This document shows, piece by piece, positions 10,764 to 20,187 of a stretch of 50,416 bases of DNA. The translations under genes were made by a program, and so were the position numbers. The notes beneath the pieces are model-generated. The model was given only the letters and a program-made list of their open reading frames with translations, searched no databases and was not told where the DNA came from. Source of the DNA: Verrucomicrobiota bacterium (GTDB lineage: Bacteria; Verrucomicrobiota; Verrucomicrobiia; Verrucomicrobiales; Verrucomicrobiaceae); contig JAPLUM010000727.1 of the NCBI GenBank assembly GCA_026397605.1, positions 1-50,416 on the forward strand. The letters are read 5' to 3'. Positions within the stretch are counted from its first letter, which is position 1. Each line of letters opens with the position of its first letter.

Positions 10764-12241
10764 GGGACAGTGGGTGGGGTTTGAAAATGAAGAATGAATT
10801 CTGTGTATGAGCCAGCCTGGCTGGCGGCCTCGATCCGCCCCCCCATGCCCTGCATCATGCGATAGCAAAGACTCAGGCCCAGGCCCATGCCTTGACCCAC
10901 AGCCTTGGTGGTAAAGAACGGGTCAAAAATGCGCTGAAGATGCTCTTCTGGGATGCCCGAGCCATTGTCGCGCAGGTAGAGACGGATGCCGGTCGCATCT
11001 AGATCACTGCTCACGATCACCCGTGGATCAGCACGGTCGGCCATGGCATCTAGACTGTTTTGGATCAAATTGATCAGGATCTGAATGATGTGATTGTCAT
11101 CACCCAGCACGATGCAGTTTTCAGGCATCTGCACCAGCAGTTCGGCCTTGGCATCAGCGACTTGCTTATTCATGAGCCGTGCGGCTTTGGCCACGGCATG
11201 GGACAGATTCACCGGAGTAGATCCTTTGTTTTCCGGGTGAGCAAAGGTGCGTAGATCGGAGACTATGTTTGCCACTCGATCCACGCCTTCTCCAATGTCG
11301 AAAAGGATCTGATTGACCGACTCGGCGACTTCAGGCGTCATTCCCTTGGATTTCTTCTTGAGAACAAAAAGGGCCGACTTCACAAAGTTCAGCGGATTGT
11401 TAATCTCATGCACGATTCCTGCGCTCAACCGGCCAATGGAGGCCAATTTCTCACTCTGAGTCAGCTGAGCTTCCGTTTCCCGCAGACGTTGTAGCGTCTG
11501 CGTGAGCTCTTCATTCCGATTCCTCAGCTCCTCACGCTGAGCCTCCACTTTGCAGCGGTTCACAAACTCCAACAGACGAATCCCATGATGTTGGCGGCTC
11601 CCAAAGTACAGGATCACACAGGTCAAAAGGATGAAGAGCGTGTTATTGATGAACAGCCCGATGGACCTCAGATCGCCATTGAAATGCAGATTCGGCACCG
11701 TGGCAGCCAGGTAGCAGGCCAGTACCAGGCCTACAGTCAGACCGATCTCGCGGAAGGTCCAATGAAACACAAAGGAAGTCCCCACCAAGCAAAGCATCAG
11801 ACCTGCATAATAGCCTGAGCTGCCATCTCCCGTGAGGAAGATCATAAGACAGATCGCCATCGCTGGCAGCAAAGGTAGTATTACTGGGTAAGCCCGATGA
11901 AACCTTCCTGCCCAAGGCCGCTCTAGCGATAGCAGCAATGGAATACACAAGGTTGAACACATCAAGCGCAGCACCAAAAAGCTCCATACCTGCTCCGGAT
12001 ACGCCAACCAATCCAGCACGGAGCAAAACGGCACCAAAATCATCACAAACCAAGCACCCAGCCGCGCATTGCGCAGATTCAGTTCCTGCAGCTCAGCCTC
12101 AAATCGAGCAGACCCCTCAGCTGCCTGCAGCACTGCAGGATCAGCAGGCGCATTTTGAGTCTGCGCCATCTCCATACCCTCACCCACCGCATGGAAATGC
12201 AGAGGCGTGGTCACAGGAGCTGAGCTAGAAACAGACGACAT
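10760..12241 (-). CDS. Multi-TM sensor histidine kinase (PhcS-like)
   Basis: About 6 TM helices, coiled coil, SEKLASIGRLSAGIVHEINNP, NLIQNS, DNGSG, FDPFFTTK, GMGLGL. Confidence 0.93.
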   Translation of the reverse strand: MSSVSSSAPVTTPLHFHAVGEGMEMAQTQNAPADPAVLQAAEGSARFEAELQELNLRNARLGAWFVMILVPFCSVLDWLAYPEQVWSFLVLRLMCSTLCIPLLLSLERPWAGRFHRAYPVILPLLPAMAICLMIFLTGDGSSGYYAGLMLCLVGTSFVFHWTFREIGLTVGLVLACYLAATVPNLHFNGDLRSIGLFINNTLFILLTCVILYFGSRQHHGIRLLEFVNRCKVEAQREELRNRNEELTQTLQRLRETEAQLTQSEKLASIGRLSAGIVHEINNPLNFVKSALFVLKKKSKGMTPEVAESVNQILFDIGEGVDRVANIVSDLRTFAHPENKGSTPVNLSHAVAKAARLMNKQVADAKAELLVQMPENCIVLGDDNHIIQILINLIQNSLDAMADRADPRVIVSSDLDATGIRLYLRDNGSGIPEEHLQRIFDPFFTTKAVGQGMGLGLSLCYRMMQGMGGRIEAASQAGSYTEFILHFQTPPTVP

Positions 12242-12258
12242 TTATGGAAAGTATCATT

Positions 12259-12286
12259 ATTATACTCATCCTAAATATCAACGCAA
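12259..12286 (-). promoter_or_regulatory. Candidate sigma70 promoter of the sensor kinase operon
   Basis: Minus strand TTGCGT-N16-TATAAT ending about 18 nt before the ATG at 12241. Confidence 0.4.
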
Positions 12287-12311
12287 CCTCTGTTTTGCGG
12301 GCTGGCGCTTT

Positions 12312-12782
12312 CTATCCACCGCTAAGACTATTTGTCGTGTTCAACTGTCGTGCTTTCTGAGTGTTGTCTGGGATGGGTAACAGAAGGTGAAGCTCGCTGA
12401 TGCTTCTATAATATTCCATCTGTGGACGAGAAGGATCGATGCCAAACTGCTCAATCATGGCCCCGATAGAGGGTCCGATCTGATCGGTCTTTGAAGTCCA
12501 ATCGAGCAGCTTCACGCGTGCACAGCATCCTCCCTCAACCTCAGTGATCGGAAATCCAAGTTCAGCAAATCTGCGTTCCTCGATCTCATTGTCCGGCAAG
12601 AGCCCCGCATAGTAGTCCATGCTGTCATCAGTCTCGTAAACAAGACCATAGAACTTCCTGCCTTTGAGCGACTTCAAATGCGATTCAAGGGATCTGAAGG
12701 CAGCTCGATTCCCTTCAGGGAACTTCGCCGATTTGGAGGTAATCAACCGAAACTTTGGTTGTGTGATGATGGTCGCATTCAT
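12312..12782 (-). CDS. GyrI-like small-molecule/effector-binding domain protein
   Basis: 156 aa; FYGLVY...YYAG, EVEGGCCARVKL, PQMEYY...LLLPI pattern. Confidence 0.65.
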   Translation of the reverse strand: MNATIITQPKFRLITSKSAKFPEGNRAAFRSLESHLKSLKGRKFYGLVYETDDSMDYYAGLLPDNEIEERRFAELGFPITEVEGGCCARVKLLDWTSKTDQIGPSIGAMIEQFGIDPSRPQMEYYRSISELHLLLPIPDNTQKARQLNTTNSLSGG

Positions 12783-12807
12783 GTTGGCAGTGGACTCATC
12801 ACGACTG

Positions 12808-13044
12808 TTATTGGCGGTTCTTCAAAATGCCGATGATGCCTAGAGCCAGGAGTGCGGCACCAATCAGTCCGATGACCACGAACCCAAGGGTAAGCTGCCC
12901 TGCTGAAGCTCCAGTGGCCATGCCAAAAATCTGAAGCTGTGTGCCTGGTGCTGCATGGGCAAAGGTGTTCTGATAAGTGGTATATGAAAGGATGATCACA
13001 GCTAGGCCGCAGATGATCCGAAGAATGGATGAAGTTGAGTTCAT
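12808..13044 (-). CDS. Small two-TM membrane protein
   Basis: 78 aa with two hydrophobic segments; co-oriented 25 bp upstream of the GyrI-like gene. Confidence 0.65.
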   Translation of the reverse strand: MNSTSSILRIICGLAVIILSYTTYQNTFAHAAPGTQLQIFGMATGASAGQLTLGFVVIGLIGAALLALGIIGILKNRQ

Positions 13045-13278
13045 GGGCGAGTGGCTACGAGACGTGGGTTTGTTTAGTGCTGCTTTTCGGAAAAGGCTTC
13101 GCCTTTTGGCCGAACAGTTGAAAGTTTAACAAGATTGGGAATCGAAGAGGAACTTTATCTTTAAGTTGGCAAAGGTTTGCAGAGTTTGTTGCGGGCTTTC
13201 TAGCCTGCAGGCTTTGGAATTCCGAGAAACAACAGTAAACCCTGGCCAACGGCGTCGAAGTCCCGCAAACCTAGATTC

Positions 13279-13403
13279 GCGACAACTTAGACAAGATAAA
13301 GTTCAAACTTAGACAAAAGGTGAAAAAGCGAAAATATTGAGACAAAACATTGACAAAACTTAAATTGTCTCGAGAATGCAAGTCTAGTTAGTCGGTTTGT
13401 CTA
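13279..13403. promoter_or_regulatory. Cluster of nnGACA/TAGACA operator-like boxes overlapping a sigma70 promoter of the ECF sigma gene
   Basis: ACTTAGACAA twice (TAGACA at 13288 and 13310, 22 bp apart); GAGACA 13339 and TTGACA 13350 (11 bp apart; the latter is a perfect -35, with GAGAAT at 13372); inverted copies TGTCTC 13366, AGTCTA 13381, TGTCTA 13398. Confidence 0.6.
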
Positions 13404-13424
13404 AATCTCAACTTCTGCTGCGCT

Positions 13425-14021
13425 ATGACACAATGCCTCGATGAAAATGCCCTGGAACTTCTCGTTCAAGAAGACATGCGTTTGATCCAACTGATCTCTG
13501 AAAAAGATTCTGCGGCTTATCAGACCTTCTACAAAAAGTATTCTGGTCTCATCTTTGCTGCGATCTCAAATGTGCTCAATGATCACCATGATACTGAGGA
13601 CGTGATGCAGGAGGTACTTGTGCAACTTTGGAATAAAGCCCACCTCTACGAACCACGTAAAGGTAAGCCCCTGACCTGGCTGACTACGATGGCCCGCAAT
13701 CGTGCTATCGATCGCATCCGCTCCAAGCAGCGCCGCTCACGGCTGAATGACGATTTTGAGACAGAGAGCAAAGGTGTCCAACCTGAGTTCGACGAATCCG
13801 GTCTGGAAGCTCTGGAAATCAAGGAAAGAGACGGCCTAGTAAAGCGTGCCGTGGCCAAATTGAATCCTGATCAACGTGAAGCCATTCAACTGGCTTACTT
13901 CAGCGGACTTACCCAGGCAGAAGTGGCTGAACGTCTCAATGAACCACTCGGAACTGTCAAAGCCAGAATCCGCAGAGGCGTGAATAGACTGGAGACACTC
14001 ATTAAGCCGCGCATGGTCTGA
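13425..14021 (+). CDS. ECF sigma-70 factor (SigK/RpoE-like)
   Basis: EDVMQEV...WLTTMARNRAIDRIR (region 2); LNPDQREAIQLAYFSGLTQAEVAERLNEPLGTVKARIRRG (region 4). Confidence 0.95.
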   Translation: MTQCLDENALELLVQEDMRLIQLISEKDSAAYQTFYKKYSGLIFAAISNVLNDHHDTEDVMQEVLVQLWNKAHLYEPRKGKPLTWLTTMARNRAIDRIRSKQRRSRLNDDFETESKGVQPEFDESGLEALEIKERDGLVKRAVAKLNPDQREAIQLAYFSGLTQAEVAERLNEPLGTVKARIRRGVNRLETLIKPRMV

Positions 14022-14064
14022 GATATTTGATGACTGAACTTACCAGTTCAGGCGTTCTCTCTCC

Positions 14065-14961
14065 ATGAAAATTGGTATTACTGGAGTCAGCGGCATGATC
14101 GGGCAGGGGCTAGGTGCCTTGGCTCTGGGATCAGGGCATGAGGTCATTGGTTACTCCCGCAGGCCCTCCTCCCAAATGCCCCTAGTGACGCGATCCATGG
14201 TTTCATCTGCCACGCAGATGCTGCCAGAGACAAAGTTAGACGCCTTAGTGCATCTAGCGGGAGAATCTCTCTTGGGTCTATGGACGGCGGCAAAACGGGA
14301 ACGCATCTGGAAAAGCCGCGTGGATTTGACCAAAAAAGTCATTTCGGAACTGCGCACTTGGCAACCAACCAATCGCCCCAGTGTATTGCTGTGTGCCTCA
14401 GGCATTGGATTTTACGGGGATCGCGGTGATGAACTGCTGGAGGAAAACAGTCGCCAAGGCACCGGTTTTTTAGCCGATCTTTGTCGCGAATGGGAAGCCG
14501 CTGCGCTGCAAGCACGCGAGCTTGGCGTGCGCGTGGTTTTGCTGCGTACAGGCGTGGTTTTAGGTCAGCACGGTGGGGCCTTTCCGCTCATGAAAACTGC
14601 TTTCCGTTTCGGTCTTGGTGGCAATTTAGGTTCTGGAAAGCAGTGGATGTCATGGATTCATGAACAGGATCAGGTCTCTTTGATTTTATGGGCCATTGAA
14701 AATGCCAGCGTCGTTGGCCCGATCAATCTTTGTGCTCCGAATCCCGTGACCAATGCTGACTTCACTCAGCAATTGGCTGCGCATTTAAAGCGCCCTGCAT
14801 TTCTGCATGTGCCAGCTTTTGCCCTGAGACTGGCCACACGTGGTCTGGCCCAGGAAATGCTTCTCAGTGGTCAGCGAGCGTTTCCTCGCATTGCCACAGA
14901 TTTGGGTTATCAGTTTGCTCATTCAGATCTATCGGGTGCCTTTGCAGCGCTAGATAGCTGA
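14065..14961 (+). CDS. TIGR01777/YfcH-type NAD-dependent epimerase-like oxidoreductase
   Basis: ITGVSGMIG, VHLAGE, SRV, ASGIGFYG, LCREWEAAA, LRTGVVLG, GSGKQWMSWIH, NLCAPNPV. Confidence 0.92.
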   Translation: MKIGITGVSGMIGQGLGALALGSGHEVIGYSRRPSSQMPLVTRSMVSSATQMLPETKLDALVHLAGESLLGLWTAAKRERIWKSRVDLTKKVISELRTWQPTNRPSVLLCASGIGFYGDRGDELLEENSRQGTGFLADLCREWEAAALQARELGVRVVLLRTGVVLGQHGGAFPLMKTAFRFGLGGNLGSGKQWMSWIHEQDQVSLILWAIENASVVGPINLCAPNPVTNADFTQQLAAHLKRPAFLHVPAFALRLATRGLAQEMLLSGQRAFPRIATDLGYQFAHSDLSGAFAALDS

Positions 14962-14983
14962 TGCTAAACTTCGCCCACTTGCC

Positions 14984-15862
14984 ATGTCCGCCGCCCAGAC
15001 CACCATTGCCGTCATTTATGATTATGATCAGACGCTGAGTCCGACGTACATGCAGGATGAGACACTCTTTCCGCATTTCGGCATCAATCCGACTCAGTTC
15101 TGGAAAAAAAGCCGGGAGCTGGTGGACAAAGAAGGCTACGACGGGGAGTTGGCCTACTTAAAATGCATGCTGGATTATCTGAGCATGGACCGCCCGACCA
15201 ACGATGAACTACGCACTCTGGGAGCTAAGCTGCGCTATTTCAAAGGCGTGCCAGAAGTCTTTGAGGAACTCAACAACACGCTGAGCAATCAACACCGCAC
15301 GCTCGGCATCAAGATCGAGCATTACATCGTCTCTTCAGGGCTGAAAATCTTGCTCGATGGCAGCTCGCTGGCCCCTTACGTAAAACGCATCTTTGGCTGT
15401 GAATTTGGCCAGGATCAGGATGGCCGCATCAGCTTCCCGAAGCGGGTGATCAGCCACACCACGAAGACCCAGTACCTTTTCCGCATCAACAAAGGCATGT
15501 TAGAGCCGCATGAAGATGTGAATGATCACATGGAGCCAGATCTGCGTCCGATTCCGTTCCAAAACATGATTTATATCGGAGATGGACCCACAGACGTGCC
15601 TTGTTTCACCTTGATGAAGCGCTACGGTGGTCATGCCATAGCGGTTTATAATCCTGAAGAAACCAATCGCTCGAGCTTCCGTAAATGTTACCAGCTGAAT
15701 GCTCTCGCTGATCGGGTCAAACACATCGCACCGGCAGATTACCGCGCCGGTAGCCATCTGAGGTTGTTGCTGGAGGAGATGATCCTGGACATGGCAGATG
15801 GCATCGTCCGCCGGAAGAAACTGGAGATCGAGGAAGGCACCGTCTCAGCACCGCATTTCTAA
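14984..15862 (+). CDS. HAD-superfamily hydrolase
   Basis: Motif I YDYDQTL, motif II IVSSG, motif IV YIGDGPTD. Confidence 0.88.
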   Translation: MSAAQTTIAVIYDYDQTLSPTYMQDETLFPHFGINPTQFWKKSRELVDKEGYDGELAYLKCMLDYLSMDRPTNDELRTLGAKLRYFKGVPEVFEELNNTLSNQHRTLGIKIEHYIVSSGLKILLDGSSLAPYVKRIFGCEFGQDQDGRISFPKRVISHTTKTQYLFRINKGMLEPHEDVNDHMEPDLRPIPFQNMIYIGDGPTDVPCFTLMKRYGGHAIAVYNPEETNRSSFRKCYQLNALADRVKHIAPADYRAGSHLRLLLEEMILDMADGIVRRKKLEIEEGTVSAPHF

Positions 15863-15880
15863 GAAACATCAGGCTAGAAA

Positions 15881-17029
15881 ATGTCGGCTTATTTTGACTA
15901 CAATGCCACGACGCCGCTGAATCCAGCTGCTCGTGAGGCTTGGCTCATGGCAAGTGACAAGCACTGGCACAATCCATCCAGTCTTTATCGTGAAGCTGGC
16001 ATGACCAGTCAGGCATTGGAATCGGCTAGAGAGCGCTTAGCGGATCTCTTGGGCGTGGAGCCTGAGCGAGTGCTCCTCACTTCGGGTGCCACCGAGTCCA
16101 ATAACACGCTGTTTGCCGGTCTAGCCAAATGCTTGGCACCCGATGCCTGCGTGGCCATCTCCGCTATCGAGCATCCCTGCGTGCGCGAAGCAGCGCGCGC
16201 TTGGTTAGGCCGTGCGCGTGTCATTGAGATCCCAGTGGATGCGGAAGGTCTCGTGCAGCCTGCGATGCTGAAGCAAATTCTGGAGACGGATCAGCCTGCC
16301 TTAGTTTCCGTCATGGCGGCGAACAATGAGAGCGGCGTTCTGCAACCTTGGCAGGAGCTTTTGGCTTTATGTCGAACGGCCGGTGTTCGCTTCCATACGG
16401 ATGCAGCGCAATGGATTGGCAAGCTGGAAAGCACAGACTTGGGTGCTTGTGATTATATCACTGGCAGTGCCCATAAATGGGGCGGCCCAAAGGGTGCTGG
16501 TTTTTTGATCGTTGCGGATGCCGATGAATCATTCCCGCTGTTTCATGGCGGCCCTCAGGAGCAGAGCAGACGCGCGGGCACGGAGAATTACCCCAGCATT
16601 GAAGCCATGGTGACGGCGCTAGAAGTGCTCACTTCTAATCTGACCAGTATTGGCGAAAAACAGACCCTTTTCCGAGATGATTTCATTCGTGAAATGCAGT
16701 CCCAGTTTGCAGGCCTGCGAGTGATCAGCGAGGGCGCACCGAGACTCTGGAATACCGTCCTGATGGTCATGCCGCGTCATGAAAACCTGAAGTGGCTGAC
16801 TCGACTCACCCGTCTCGGATTTGCCATTTCCACAGGCTCAGCCTGCAGTACTGGCAAAGAAGGATCATCGGTGGTCGTGCAGGCGCTCGGTGCCAGCTGG
16901 GAGGAGCTGCGCCGCGTGGTGCGCATCAGCGGTGGCTGGCAGACGACTGAAGCCGAATGGCAGGCATTGGCGGGCGCCTTTGTCCAAGCCGCTCAAAGCC
17001 TCGATGCTGGTGGGCGACCTGGGATTTGA
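15881..17029 (+). CDS. Cysteine desulfurase (IscS/NifS-type class V PLP enzyme)
   Basis: YFDYNATTP, TSGATESNN, IEHPC, MAANNESG, HTDAAQ, SAHKWGGPKG, STGSAC. Confidence 0.93.
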   Translation: MSAYFDYNATTPLNPAAREAWLMASDKHWHNPSSLYREAGMTSQALESARERLADLLGVEPERVLLTSGATESNNTLFAGLAKCLAPDACVAISAIEHPCVREAARAWLGRARVIEIPVDAEGLVQPAMLKQILETDQPALVSVMAANNESGVLQPWQELLALCRTAGVRFHTDAAQWIGKLESTDLGACDYITGSAHKWGGPKGAGFLIVADADESFPLFHGGPQEQSRRAGTENYPSIEAMVTALEVLTSNLTSIGEKQTLFRDDFIREMQSQFAGLRVISEGAPRLWNTVLMVMPRHENLKWLTRLTRLGFAISTGSACSTGKEGSSVVVQALGASWEELRRVVRISGGWQTTEAEWQALAGAFVQAAQSLDAGGRPGI

Positions 17030-18219
17030 GCCTGCGGCAAGCTGCTGAACGGCCCCGTTTTTCCTCCGGCCATAGTGGCTGTCATTTGACGACGCAGCAT
17101 GGGCAGAGTGTTGATGAGTGGGAACGCTGCATCTCGTAACCAACCCAGAGGCAGCCAATCGGATTGGAAAAAGGGCGTCGTCCAGCGCGTGGCAAACTGG
17201 TAGAAACGCAGATGCCTGCGCCTCACCTTCGAGTATCTCGCCAGGGCTTCATCGAGCGGAAGCAGTTCGAGTGACTCTGCTAGTGCCGCCGCATCCATCA
17301 GTGCCAGGTTGACGCCCTGACCGAGTTGTGGGCTCAGTGCATGGGCAGCGTCCCCGAGTAAGACCACGCGATTGCCGTGCCACTGCTTCATGCGCACATC
17401 ATGATATACCGCCGTTGCCACTTGATGATGGCTTTCGATCTGCGTTAAAAAGGATTCCGCTTGAGGTGAGAGTCGCAGAATTTGCTGCTTCCAAGACTCC
17501 AATGAGCCCTGTCGCCAAGCAGGAATGTGATCCAAGCGGATGCTCCAAAAAAGGCTGAGCAGATCGTCCCGGGTTCCGGTCGGTAAAAAGCCGTTTAATT
17601 CGCGAGTCGAGTCCACGCATTGCCAGAGAACGCTCGGATCAAATTCAGGTGTGCGCTCACCGATGAACCAAAGCGCTCCCCAAGGATAACGGCTGACGCG
17701 TGCAGGCACTCCACTCTGCTCGCGCATGGCAGAATGAGCTCCGTCACAGATCAGGATCAAATCATAGGGACCATGCCTCTGGATAGACTGATCATGCAGC
17801 AGCGGACGATCTGTTGAATCGCGGCTCAGGCGCTGCATTTCTGTGCCCCAATGCATCATGACGCCTGCCGATTCAGCAGCCGCCAAAAGCACATCCAGCA
17901 AAGTCGCGCGATGAGTGCCAGCACCATAAAAATCGTGACCCAGCTCGCTGTAAGGAAGATCCAGCAACACGCGTCCAGATCGAGTGCGGCAATACAGCTT
18001 GTTGATTGGCGCGATGTGAGGCAGCAGCGCCTCACTGAGTCCTAGCCGATGCATCACGGCTAGCCCTGTAGGCTGCAAAAGAAAACCAGCCCCAACACTC
18101 AGCTTCTTCTCCGCACGCTCAAACAGTGACACCTCATGACCTGCCCTGGCCAAAAAGATTGCCGCCGCTGGTCCAGCGGTGCCGGAGCCAATGATGGCGA
18201 TGCGTAAAGAATCAGGCAT
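16993..18219 (-). CDS. FAD-dependent monooxygenase (class A flavoprotein)
   Basis: IIGSGTAG, ICDGAHS, VVLLGDAAHALSPQLGQGVNLALMDA; overlaps the convergent desulfurase 3' end by 37 bp. Confidence 0.92.
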   Translation of the reverse strand: MPDSLRIAIIGSGTAGPAAAIFLARAGHEVSLFERAEKKLSVGAGFLLQPTGLAVMHRLGLSEALLPHIAPINKLYCRTRSGRVLLDLPYSELGHDFYGAGTHRATLLDVLLAAAESAGVMMHWGTEMQRLSRDSTDRPLLHDQSIQRHGPYDLILICDGAHSAMREQSGVPARVSRYPWGALWFIGERTPEFDPSVLWQCVDSTRELNGFLPTGTRDDLLSLFWSIRLDHIPAWRQGSLESWKQQILRLSPQAESFLTQIESHHQVATAVYHDVRMKQWHGNRVVLLGDAAHALSPQLGQGVNLALMDAAALAESLELLPLDEALARYSKVRRRHLRFYQFATRWTTPFFQSDWLPLGWLRDAAFPLINTLPMLRRQMTATMAGGKTGPFSSLPQAQIPGRPPASRL

Positions 18220-18266
18220 CCATCCTGATCAACGAGAAGTTCTCTGCTGGCAATGAAGGAGTGGAT

Positions 18267-19001
18267 TTACCGTGGTGGGTTGTTTGAATCTAAGAAGTAG
18301 AGCCAATGTTGCACAAAGAAGCGTTTCTCAGTGGGTAGCAGTTCGTCCGCTGTGCCGATTAGAGGCCGCAGAGAGGTGGACATTTGCAGGGTGACGATGG
18401 TAAAAATGATGATCCAAAGCTTGAGGTAGCTTTTGCTTTGTGACCCAAGACTACCAGCTGCGCCGAGTAGCAAGCGTGTTCCAAAGTACATGCCGATAAT
18501 CCAGAAGATCAAAGCCAAAAAGCCCATGAAGGCGAGAGAATCCGTCGAGGTGCTAAAGACCCAGATAACCGGAGCAAAGCCAAGCATCAACAATCCACTC
18601 AAAGCTACCATGCTGAGAAGCACGGAGGCGATTTGATGCAGGCGGGCATTCAGGCCATCAAGAGCGCTGAAAATATACAGGCTGGGCAAGCAGATCAGGA
18701 CGGCAACCACCATGCCAAGGGTGATTTTAAGCGGAGAAGCCCAGAGCTGAGTGCCGCCTGAGAAGCTTCCTAAAAGAAGGCCGAAAACGGAAAGTGAAAT
18801 CAGGGTGATGATCAGCAGGCGTGAGGCCACTTCAGCATTACCCGATTGGCAGGCATGCAGTAGGCGGCCTGGATGCTTGAGTAGATTCTCCATGATATTA
18901 GAGAGAGTCATTGGGCCCTCCATAGGCTCGATCATGAAGGTGGAGGATTGTTTGGGCAACGTAGGTGATGTCACGGATGGGGGTGTTAGTTCTGGATTCA
19001 T
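18267..19001 (-). CDS. Multi-TM membrane protein of unknown function (paralog B)
   Basis: About 5 TM segments; C-terminal WIIIFTIVTLQMSTSLRPLIG. Confidence 0.8.
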   Translation of the reverse strand: MNPELTPPSVTSPTLPKQSSTFMIEPMEGPMTLSNIMENLLKHPGRLLHACQSGNAEVASRLLIITLISLSVFGLLLGSFSGGTQLWASPLKITLGMVVAVLICLPSLYIFSALDGLNARLHQIASVLLSMVALSGLLMLGFAPVIWVFSTSTDSLAFMGFLALIFWIIGMYFGTRLLLGAAGSLGSQSKSYLKLWIIIFTIVTLQMSTSLRPLIGTADELLPTEKRFFVQHWLYFLDSNNPPR

Positions 19002-19046
19002 AATGTTAGCATGTTGTGGTTGATGGAACGATTGCGGTGAGGAAAA

Positions 19047-19838
19047 TCAGGGTGCATTGAAGCGCTTCAGAGCCAGAAGCATCGGCAGGATCAGGGCCAG
19101 CAGACAGAGCCATAGGATGATGCTTGTGATGGAATCCGTAGCAGATGAAAGCATGGTCCAGACGGCCTCATAAAAATTGCCGTCGAAGGGATCATCCCGT
19201 AGAAATTGAACAGGCAGTTCTGGATTTCCAAAAAACGGCCGCAGGTTATAAGAAAGCTGCGCTCCGACAAAAAGATTGCCAGCTAGCCATGAGATGAGGG
19301 TGCGCCAGCCAATAGCCGTGCTGCCTGAAAAACTCTGGATCAGCCGCAACAACTTATGATTGGCCACGATGCCGGCAAAGGCGATGATAGCCGTGTTGAA
19401 TAACAAAAAGAGACGATACCAATCGGAGGCACCAGCTTGTCCAGGTCGCGGGGAGTCCATAACCATAGCAATGATAATGGGACTGAGGGAGCCGACGATG
19501 AGGCCAAAGATGGCAAAGCTCATCAAACAGGCCATCAAGGTCTGCCTGAACGACATGCCTGAACCTAATAGCTGACCCAACATGCCATTGATCATGCCAT
19601 TTACCAAGAGCGTGAAAAAGATGAGCAAGGGCATCTTGATGGCGACATAGACTCCTTGGAGCGGAGCGCGCCAGAGGCCCAGTCCAAAGCCATACGCAGC
19701 GCATCCAGCAATGATGGCCAGGATCAATGGTGTTACAGATTCAAGAGTAACAGGTTCTCGCAACCACGCTGCCAGCAGGGATGGTTCGCCACGCGCCAAG
19801 GTCTTTAGCTTGGGAAGTATGGCAGCTTGTGGTTTCAT
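19047..19838 (-). CDS. Multi-TM membrane protein of unknown function (paralog A)
   Basis: Start moved to ATG 19838 (MKPQAA) because the track's TTG at 19883 coincides with the -35 box; C-terminal WLAGNLFVGAQLSYNLRPFFG matches paralog B. Confidence 0.8.
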   Translation of the reverse strand: MKPQAAILPKLKTLARGEPSLLAAWLREPVTLESVTPLILAIIAGCAAYGFGLGLWRAPLQGVYVAIKMPLLIFFTLLVNGMINGMLGQLLGSGMSFRQTLMACLMSFAIFGLIVGSLSPIIIAMVMDSPRPGQAGASDWYRLFLLFNTAIIAFAGIVANHKLLRLIQSFSGSTAIGWRTLISWLAGNLFVGAQLSYNLRPFFGNPELPVQFLRDDPFDGNFYEAVWTMLSSATDSITSIILWLCLLALILPMLLALKRFNAP

Positions 19839-19839
19839 G

Positions 19840-19883
19840 ACTTTGTAATGCAAAGTTATATACTTTGCATTACAAAGTGTCAA
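19840..19883 (-). promoter_or_regulatory. Sigma70 promoter flanked by two palindromic repressor operators
   Basis: ACTTTGTAATGCAAAGT (19840-19856), TATAT, ACTTTGCATTACAAAGT (19862-19878): a perfect 17-bp inverted repeat, each half ACTTTG-N5-CAAAGT. Minus-strand TTGACA (19883-19878)-N17-TATAAC (19860-19855). Confidence 0.85.
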
Positions 19884-20011
19884 GACAAATAGATTTGAGC
19901 GTGATTCACAGGATGGCTGTCAAAGCAGCACGTTCAGCCTAGAAGCTAAAAAGAGGCTTGCCTGCTCCAGTCAATACCCTTGGTAAATTGGCTCGAATGC
20001 CCGCCTATGCG

Positions 20012-20137
20012 TTACTGCAAAGGAGTCGGACGTGAAGTCTGGAAGCCATAAGCAGGCATGTTACCTTTGGGGCTTTTGCAGGAAACAACCAACAATGAAG
20101 AAGCGGCGATCAAAGCAAGAGTGAGAAGAGTTTTCAT
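20012..20137 (-). CDS. Small lipoprotein (41 aa)
   Basis: MKTLLTLALIAASSLLVVS-C lipobox-type signal. Confidence 0.6.
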   Translation of the reverse strand: MKTLLTLALIAASSLLVVSCKSPKGNMPAYGFQTSRPTPLQ

Positions 20138-20187
20138 GATAAGAAGAATACGGTGAAAGCTATCAATGGAAAAGCAAGTGTTTGCCA

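Noticed and set aside
15881-17029. Cysteine desulfurase as DndA/SspA of a phosphorothioation system
   Set aside because: No dnd/ssp genes nearby; the context is housekeeping and about 13 kb from the island
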